NCBI GenBank assembly: GCA_033549025.1
Contig: JAWSUS010000012.1
Location: 27,480-91,479 of the forward strand
Direction of reading: 5' to 3'
Length of the DNA stretch: 64,000 nt
Source: Desulfuromonadales bacterium
GTDB lineage: Bacteria > Desulfobacterota > Desulfuromonadia > Desulfuromonadales > SZUA-540
In this document: one piece after another, positions 57,651 through 64,000 of the stretch
Numbering within the stretch: position 1 is the first letter of the stretch
Layout of the letters: every line of letters begins with the position of its first letter
Notes under the pieces: model-generated
The model's database searches: none
The model's input: only the letters and a program-made list of their open reading frames with translations
Told to the model about the DNA's origin: nothing
Made by a program: the position numbers and the translations under genes

Positions 57651-60600
57651 ATGAAGGCTCTTGGGTTCTTCGGTCAATCGTGGCGTCACCTGGTTTTTTC
57701 CGCGCTTTTTCTGTTGCTGTTGTTCACCGCAGCGCCGGCGATGGGCGGTCGTCCCATTCTTGTCGGTGGTCCCGACAATTTCCCCCCTTATGGTTTTATC
57801 GATCCGGCCAGCGGCAAGCCAGCCGGGTTTAATGTCGAACTGGCCCGCGCCGTGGGCGAAGCCATGGGGTTCGAGGTGGAGATCCGCCTGGCTCCCTGGC
57901 ACCAGACCCGCCAGCGCCTGGATCGGGGTGAGATCGATCTGATTCAGATGATGATTCGCACCCCCGAGCGTGAACGGCTCTACGACTTCAGCCCCCATCA
58001 TACGATCGTCAACTATTCCATCTTTGCCCACCTAAACTCCCCCCAGGTCAAAACCCCCGACGACTTGGCAGGTAAGCGCCTTGTTGCTAACCGCGGCGAT
58101 CTCAGCCACGACTATTTTGTGCAGCAGGGCTTGGATGAATACCTGGCGCTGGCCCCCAGCCAGGTCGAAGCCTTGAAATTGGTAGCCGATGGGCACTATG
58201 ACTTTACCCTGGTTTCCCGCCTCTCCGGCTTGTACTGGGTGCGCAAGCTCGACCTGGACAACCTGCAGGCCGTCGGCGAGCCCTTGTGGGATCAGTACGG
58301 CAGCTTTGCCGTCAGAAAAGGGGAAGAAGAGCTGCTGGCCCGTTTCAGCGAAGGCCTGGCCATCGTCAAGGCGGATGGCACCTATCAGGCGCTCTACGAC
58401 AAATGGCTGGGCGGCTTGGAACCGACCCGGGTCCCCATGCGTGATCTGGTGCGCTACGGAACCCTTTTTCTGGCCGTCGGACTGGGACTCGCCATTCTGG
58501 CCGCTCTGTGGTTCTGGACCTTGCGCAAGCAGGTGCGCGCCCGTACCAGGGAACTGCGCCACGAGGTGCAGGAGCGTCGTCGGACCGAAAAAGCTCTAAA
58601 GGCCAGCGAAGAACGCTTCCGCCTGATTTTCGATTCGACGGGGGCGGCCATGAACACGCTGACCAAAGACGGTGGGTTCTCCATGGTAAACCCCCGTATG
58701 TGCAGCTTTCTCGGCTATTCCGAAAAGGAGCTGCTGCAGATGACGGTGGAGGATATTACCTATCCCGCCGACAGGGAAATGACCCGCCTCTTTTACGATC
58801 AGGTCAAAGCCGGGCATCTGCAGTCTTTCGATTATGAAAAACGCTTCGTCCGCAAGTCGGGGAGCGTGGTCTGGGGGCATGTCACCGTTGCCTGGATATT
58901 GGACGATGAGGGGCATCCCGATCACGCCATCGCCATGGTGCAGGATATCACCGACCGCAAACATGCCGAAGAGCTGCTGCGTCAGAGCGAGGAGCGCTTC
59001 CGTACGACCGTCAACAACGCGCCCATTATCCTCTGGGCCCTCGATGCCCAGGGCGTCTTCACTCTCTCCGAAGGGCGCTCTCTGGCCACTATGGGGTTGA
59101 GGCCGGCCGAAGTGGTCGGACAATCGGTCTTCGAGCTGTTCGCCGAGGTCCCTCAACTGAAGCATTATGTCCAGCGGGCCCTGGGCGGCGAAGAGTTCTC
59201 CGCCCGCAATGAGGTCAAAGGACGGGTTTTCGAGACTCTCTGGAGTCCGCAGAAAATCGCGACGGGAAAGGTCGTGGGCATTATCGGCGTTTCCACCGAT
59301 GTTACCGAACGAGCCCAGGTTGAAAACCGTCTGCGCGAAAACCAGGAGCGCCTGAATTATCTCTCCTATTACGACCCCTTGACCCATCTGCCCAACCGGG
59401 TGCTGCTGCACGATCGCCTGCAACACGCCCTCGAAAAGGCCCGGCGCACAGGCGGCAAGCTGGCTCTGCTCTTTTTCGATCTCGACCGTTTCAAGACTGT
59501 CAATGATTCGATGGGGCACGCCTTTGGTGACCGCGTTTTATGCGAGGTGGCGCTGCGCCTCGAATCCCACGTGCGGCGGGCGGATACCCTGTCCCGTTTC
59601 GGCGGTGACAAGTTCATTCTGCTTCTTGAGGATATCAACGATTTCCAAAAGGTTTCCGAAATCGTCCAACAGATCCAGTTCAGTCTTACCCGCGAGCTGG
59701 TGCTGGATGATCTGCAGTTTTACCCGACGGCCAGCATCGGCATCAGCTATTTCCCCGATAACGGCGATGACAGCGAAAGTCTGATCAAGGCCGCCGAGGT
59801 CGCCATGTACCGGGCCAAAGAGCTGGGGCGCAATCTTTATCAGTTTTATATGCCCGATATGGATGCCCACGCCCGCGACCGTCTGATCCTCGAAGCGGAT
59901 CTGCGCAACGCCCTCGAAAGGGAAGAGCTTCTGCTCCACTACCAACCCCAGATCGAGTTGCAAAGCGGCACGCTGGTGGGGATGGAAGCCCTGATCCGCT
60001 GGCGCCGAGGCCAGGGCGATCTGGTGCCCCCCTTCAGTTTTATCCCCCTGGCCGAAGAGACCGGCCTCATCGTGCCTATTGGCGAGTGGGTGCTGCGCAC
60101 CGCCTGCCGGCAGAACAAGTACTGGCAGGACCGCGGCTGTGCCTGCGTACCGGTTTCGGTCAACATCTCGGCGCGCCAGTTCCGCCAGCGCGATCTGGTC
60201 GATACGGTCAAACAGGCGCTGGAGGATTCCGGCCTCGAGCCTCGCTATCTGCATCTGGAAATTACCGAAAGCATGATTATGGTCGATATCAACGCCTCCA
60301 TAGCGATTCTGCAGGAGCTGGCAGAAATGGGGGTCGGCTGTTCCATCGATGACTTCGGGACCGGATATTCTTCGTTGAGCTATTTGAAGCGATTCCCCAT
60401 CTCAGCCCTGAAGATCGACCAGTCCTTTGTCCGCGATGTCACCGTTGATACCAACGATGCCTCTCTCGCCATCGCGATTATCGGACTGGCCCGCGGTATG
60501 AATCTCAATGTGGTGGCCGAAGGGATCGAGACGGAGGAGCAGCTGGCTTTTCTGAAAGAACACGGCTGCGCCCATGGTCAGGGCTATCTCTTCAGTCGGC

Positions 60601-60653
60601 CCGTACCGCCGGAGGAGATCGAGCCATGTCTGTGTTTGAGAAGTGAGGAGTGA
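57651..60653 (+). CDS. Periplasmic-binding-domain / PAS x2 / degenerate GGDEF (GGDKF) / EAL protein
   Basis: Signal, SBP family-3-like domain, TM, PAS, GGDKF, intact EAL and DDFGTGYSS. Confidence 0.92.
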   Translation: MKALGFFGQSWRHLVFSALFLLLLFTAAPAMGGRPILVGGPDNFPPYGFIDPASGKPAGFNVELARAVGEAMGFEVEIRLAPWHQTRQRLDRGEIDLIQMMIRTPERERLYDFSPHHTIVNYSIFAHLNSPQVKTPDDLAGKRLVANRGDLSHDYFVQQGLDEYLALAPSQVEALKLVADGHYDFTLVSRLSGLYWVRKLDLDNLQAVGEPLWDQYGSFAVRKGEEELLARFSEGLAIVKADGTYQALYDKWLGGLEPTRVPMRDLVRYGTLFLAVGLGLAILAALWFWTLRKQVRARTRELRHEVQERRRTEKALKASEERFRLIFDSTGAAMNTLTKDGGFSMVNPRMCSFLGYSEKELLQMTVEDITYPADREMTRLFYDQVKAGHLQSFDYEKRFVRKSGSVVWGHVTVAWILDDEGHPDHAIAMVQDITDRKHAEELLRQSEERFRTTVNNAPIILWALDAQGVFTLSEGRSLATMGLRPAEVVGQSVFELFAEVPQLKHYVQRALGGEEFSARNEVKGRVFETLWSPQKIATGKVVGIIGVSTDVTERAQVENRLRENQERLNYLSYYDPLTHLPNRVLLHDRLQHALEKARRTGGKLALLFFDLDRFKTVNDSMGHAFGDRVLCEVALRLESHVRRADTLSRFGGDKFILLLEDINDFQKVSEIVQQIQFSLTRELVLDDLQFYPTASIGISYFPDNGDDSESLIKAAEVAMYRAKELGRNLYQFYMPDMDAHARDRLILEADLRNALEREELLLHYQPQIELQSGTLVGMEALIRWRRGQGDLVPPFSFIPLAEETGLIVPIGEWVLRTACRQNKYWQDRGCACVPVSVNISARQFRQRDLVDTVKQALEDSGLEPRYLHLEITESMIMVDINASIAILQELAEMGVGCSIDDFGTGYSSLSYLKRFPISALKIDQSFVRDVTVDTNDASLAIAIIGLARGMNLNVVAEGIETEEQLAFLKEHGCAHGQGYLFSRPVPPEEIEPCLCLRSEE

Positions 60654-60660
60654 GGGCGCT

Positions 60661-61575
60661 TTATCCGCGGTTTTTTATGGCGATGGCGGCGTTTCTTTGC
60701 AGGCAGGCGAGACCGGTGCGGTAGAGAGGGGTGCCCTGAAAGCGCTCCTGAAAAACCTCCTCCGTCATGGTCAGAAAGTCTTCGGGCGTGAAGGGGGCGT
60801 CTCCCGTCAGCTCTGGCATAATCAGCGCCTCGCCGAAACGGTTCCTGGGGCAGGACGCCGTGCACAGATCGCAGCCGAACAGCGCCTGGCCCAGCAGAGG
60901 CTGATCTTCCGCAGGGATGTCCCCGTCGTGTTCAATGGTCAGGTAGGAACGGCACCGACGCGCATCGACGAGGCCGTTGGCGTCGATGGCCCCGGTCGGG
61001 CAGGCGTCGATGCAGCGACGGCAGGTGCCGCAGCGGTTGAGGCGAGGGGAAGAAGGGTGTAATTCCAGGTCGACCAGAACCTCGCCCAGTACAAAGCAGC
61101 AGCCGAACTCTTCATGGACGAGCTGTCCCTGCCGGCCGCGCCAGCCGATGCCGGCGCGGATCGCCCACTCCCGCTCCAGTACCGGCGCTGAATCGACACA
61201 GATGCGCGCCACCTGCATGTCCGTATGATCGCGCAGAAAGGCGACCAGTTGCTTCAGCTTCTTGCGCACCACTTTATGATAGTCCCGGCCGCGGGCATAG
61301 CTGGCGATGCCCCCGGTGGCCGGTTCAGGGTTTACCGGATAGCGTGCCGCCACCACAATGACGGAGCGGCTACCGGGGGCCAGATGGTTCACGTTGGCCC
61401 GCAGCTCGGCATGGCGCGCCAGGTAGCTCATCCGCGCCGCAGCGCCGCTGTCGAGCCAACTTTGGTAGATGCCCAGCGTCTCGGCCTCCGTCGCCTCGGC
61501 AAACCCCACGGCGGCAAAACCGAGACGCCGGCCTTCCTCTGTGATTTTTTCTTCCAGGGTCATGGCTGCTCTCAT
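60661..61575 (-). CDS. queG: Epoxyqueuosine reductase
   Basis: YARGRDYH, VDSAPVLER, CGTCRRCIDACPTGA, LFGCDLC...CP. Confidence 0.92.
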   Translation of the reverse strand: MRAAMTLEEKITEEGRRLGFAAVGFAEATEAETLGIYQSWLDSGAAARMSYLARHAELRANVNHLAPGSRSVIVVAARYPVNPEPATGGIASYARGRDYHKVVRKKLKQLVAFLRDHTDMQVARICVDSAPVLEREWAIRAGIGWRGRQGQLVHEEFGCCFVLGEVLVDLELHPSSPRLNRCGTCRRCIDACPTGAIDANGLVDARRCRSYLTIEHDGDIPAEDQPLLGQALFGCDLCTASCPRNRFGEALIMPELTGDAPFTPEDFLTMTEEVFQERFQGTPLYRTGLACLQRNAAIAIKNRG

Positions 61576-61856
61576 GCGTTCATAACGTTTGACCAGTCGC
61601 CTATACTAGAGCGCCATATGCTGAAAATCAATAGAAGCAGGGCGTTGTGATGATAATATCGCAGATGGTGTCTCTGCCTGAAAAGACTAGCGGAAAATCT
61701 TCGGGATAGCCGGTAGGTGAAAATTCACTTCCATTCGATTAGAACATGGTGTTAAGTTGTAGTGAAAGTGTTTTTGTCAACTATTAGCACGCTTTTATCT
61801 TGTTTTGGTAGCTTTGGTACACACGGGAGATTTATCACAAGGCATATCATATAAAG

Positions 61857-61902
61857 TAAAATCAAAACAGCGTTTGATTTTATAAAATTGGTATAGTATG
61901 AT
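61857..61902 (+). promoter_or_regulatory. Sigma70-like promoter with overlapping operator palindrome
   Basis: TTGATT-17-TATGAT; TAAAATCAAA-N6-TTTGATTTTA inverted repeat covers the -35. Confidence 0.6.
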
Positions 61903-61977
61903 TTGTGTAAGTCCAAAATTCCGGCAAAATTTCCACCCTGGACTCCCACAGAAACACAAACGCGGGAGGTGCCAAAT

Positions 61978-62418
61978 ATGGGAGTAGCAAGCAGCGACCC
62001 TATCTATCCAATCAGCGTAGCAGCCAGACTGCTCAACGTCCATCCGCGAACCATTCGAATTTACGAAGAAGAAGGCCTGGTCAAGCCTTCCCGCCAGGGG
62101 AGCAAGCGCTACTTCTCCAACGACGATATTGAATGGATTCAGTGCCTGCGTGATCTCATCCACGACGACGGCATCAGCATCCCCGGCCTCAAAAAACTTC
62201 TCGACCTGAGCCCCTGCTGGGAAATCAAATCCTGCGACCCCGACAAACGTTCCCACTGTTCCGCCTATGTCGATCGCACCAAACCCTGCTGGGAGCGGGC
62301 CAACACCGCCTGCGCCAAGGAACTGAAGCAGTGCGCGGCCTGCGAGGTGTTCATGCAGCGGATGCGGGGGGCACGGGAGAAGGTGGTCGAGATGAGGGAG
62401 GTTCGGCGGGGGAAATAA
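61978..62418 (+). CDS. MerR/HspR-like regulator with Cys-rich (two-CW-like) C-terminal domain
   Basis: YPISVAARLLNVHPRTIRIYE HTH; CWEIKSC..C..CWE..TAC..CAAC; RBS GGAGG. Confidence 0.88.
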   Translation: MGVASSDPIYPISVAARLLNVHPRTIRIYEEEGLVKPSRQGSKRYFSNDDIEWIQCLRDLIHDDGISIPGLKKLLDLSPCWEIKSCDPDKRSHCSAYVDRTKPCWERANTACAKELKQCAACEVFMQRMRGAREKVVEMREVRRGK

Positions 62419-62436
62419 AAGTCATTTTTTGAGCAG

Positions 62437-62478
62437 AACGACGCGAGGCGGAACCAGTTGGTTCCGCCTCGTGTCGTT
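62437..62478. terminator. Long hairpin terminator between convergent genes
   Basis: AACGACGCGAGGCGGAACC / GGTTCCGCCTCGTGTCGTT. Confidence 0.75.
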
Positions 62479-62490
62479 TACGGGGTATGT

Positions 62491-63843
62491 TTATTGTGGA
62501 CTAGGATAATAAATATCAAACAGACCACCAAGCAGATTTTGCCCGGACAGATCGACCCAGGTGATCAGAATATCAGAGGCGACCGGGTAAATGTAAAGGG
62601 TTCCTTCAGGCGGTTGTTCGCTGATCTCATAGCCGAGAGTAGTAGGGGCGTTTTCACGGCTGTATACAGAACCTTCGGTTGATACAGCGTCTGCGTAGAT
62701 GCCACTGTTTGATGGCGTATCCGGATCAAGATTGGCCCAAGCTACCACAAAATTTATTCCATTCCAGGTGACGGTAGGGAAGTTTTGGATAGGCGCGCTG
62801 GCGGTGTTAATGGCTATGCCATCTGCTTCAAGCACGTCACCACCCATTGAAATGCGAGAACCGTAGATATCGTAGCCTGTGGTGGTAGCATTTCGGAGAT
62901 CACTCCATACCGCGAGATAGTTAGTGCCATCAAAGGCCAGTTGTGGTTCAGCCTGGCCTCCGGGGGCTGCGGAAACAACGAATTGGTCGCCGACAACCGT
63001 GCCATTGGTAGCTTCGACCCTGGCCCCATATATATCACTGGCAAGGGTAATGTTCTGACTTGTGTCGGTCCATTGGCGCCATAGCACTAGGTAGTTCGTG
63101 CCGTCGAAGGCGACGGCTGGCTCGTTCTGATCCCCGGCCTGAAGTCCAAGAAGGGATTCTTCCAACCGTTCTTTGGCAATGTTGCCAGAAAGGTTGTCAA
63201 ATGAAATGAGGGCACTGTACAAGTCATAATAATTGACGCTTTCATCCATGTACTTGACCCAGACGACCAATGCTTGTTGGTTGAGGTCATCGTCATCATA
63301 GGCCATGACGGGTAGATAATTGCCATCGCCCGACGACAGAGTCTGTTTTGTGCCTAATAGATTGCCGTCCGTTTCGATCAGCTGGGCATAAATGCTGCCG
63401 CCGTCCTGAAAGACGACGCAATAATGCGTGCCGTTGAAGATAGCCGCGGGTCGACTTGAGGTGGCGTTATCCTGAAGATCCGCAATGGCAATAGTCCAGT
63501 CATCAGGGAAGGTCGTGCCGGTGAATGGGTCACTGTCGATAATGCCAACAAGCTTGCTGGTGCCATCCGCTGCAGTGGTCGCACTGACCACTAAGAAGAC
63601 CGTTCCGTCAGTAGCAACAGTGGGGCGACCTGGCTGTTCTAAGTCTAAACCGTCAATTTCGGACCCTGCCAGTGGATCCTTGTTCACGGTGTTGTCGGGA
63701 TCAGCAGGGGGAGTAACAGGGTCAGAAGGGGGAGGAACGGTCTCTGTGCCACCTCCACCACCCCCACCGCCACAACCGCTTAGGGTCAGTAGCATCAGAC
63801 CAAGTATTAATGCAATGATAAATACAAGATTATGCTTTTTCAT
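62491..63843 (-). CDS. Acidic lipoprotein with beta-propeller-like repeats
   Basis: Lipobox LSGC, poly-Gly/Pro linker, repeats PxxAFDGTNYLVxW; visibly lower GC than the rest of the window. Confidence 0.82.
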   Translation of the reverse strand: MKKHNLVFIIALILGLMLLTLSGCGGGGGGGGTETVPPPSDPVTPPADPDNTVNKDPLAGSEIDGLDLEQPGRPTVATDGTVFLVVSATTAADGTSKLVGIIDSDPFTGTTFPDDWTIAIADLQDNATSSRPAAIFNGTHYCVVFQDGGSIYAQLIETDGNLLGTKQTLSSGDGNYLPVMAYDDDDLNQQALVVWVKYMDESVNYYDLYSALISFDNLSGNIAKERLEESLLGLQAGDQNEPAVAFDGTNYLVLWRQWTDTSQNITLASDIYGARVEATNGTVVGDQFVVSAAPGGQAEPQLAFDGTNYLAVWSDLRNATTTGYDIYGSRISMGGDVLEADGIAINTASAPIQNFPTVTWNGINFVVAWANLDPDTPSNSGIYADAVSTEGSVYSRENAPTTLGYEISEQPPEGTLYIYPVASDILITWVDLSGQNLLGGLFDIYYPSPQ

Positions 63844-63923
63844 TTTGCCCCCCTTGGTTTCCGTTGCAAAAATGGCTTAATAAGAGATGAGTTGGTGCTG
63901 CCTGTCTTTGTAAGGATTTTGAA

Positions 63924-64000
63924 TGTAGCGGAACCGGTTCCTTGGACACAAGTTTAGATTATGCCGCCTGACGGATTTCGTCGGGCGACCGGAAGCCGTT
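63924..64000 (-). mobile_element. Right end of an IS3-family-like insertion sequence (truncated by window edge)
   Basis: Minus strand reads NGFRSPDEIRQAA-stop (stop 63959-63961), like a DDE transposase tail, then a terminal repeat reading inward TGTAGCGGAACCGGTTCCTTGGACAC (TG end). Confidence 0.62.

Noticed and set aside
62448..62468. Similarity of hairpin core GCGGAACCAGTTGGTTCC to the IS end GCGGAACCGGTTCC
   Set aside because: Match is only about 8 nt and the hairpin is explained as a terminator; insufficient for a composite element.
63880..64000. Possible c-di-GMP riboswitch upstream of the lipoprotein
   Set aside because: Lacks the GCAAAC..GNRA..GACGCAAAG pattern; better explained as transposase tail plus terminal repeat.

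Overview
GC-rich chromosomal window whose gene content points to a Desulfuromonadales/Geobacter-like deltaproteobacterium (c7-type and multiheme cytochromes, many sigma54 regulators). That assignment is an inference. About 50 CDS: a 1016-aa radical SAM/ArsM-like methyltransferase/Cys-rich (DUF5714-like) fusion; a pepN operon; two hexaheme c7 cytochromes; ltaE; three PAS-GGDEF-EAL proteins and one HD-GYP; ppc; phoBR; acnA-truC; pstSCAB-phoU; a cbcBA-like quinol-oxidising bc-cytochrome locus with heme-sensor kinase and sigma54 regulator; wrbA; a YeeE-TusA-GGDEF/EAL operon; an HK/sigma54-RR/MCP module; Hsp20; queG; a MerR regulator; a lower-GC lipoprotein; and the right end of an IS3-like element at the window edge. 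Best signals: (1) a hidden selenoprotein (3785-4018, in-frame UGA followed by a SECIS-like hairpin) that the ORF track truncates; (2) the radical SAM-ArsM fusion, whose SPASM-like domain has lost its cysteines; (3) a GTAT-N9-ATAC motif ending exactly 100 bp before two sigma54 promoters of the cbcBA-like locus, plus a kinase-less paralogue of the heme sensor; (4) a sulfur transporter/carrier co-operonic with a c-di-GMP enzyme. No rRNA, tRNA or CRISPR array was recognised. All family assignments come from motif recognition by eye, not from database searches.
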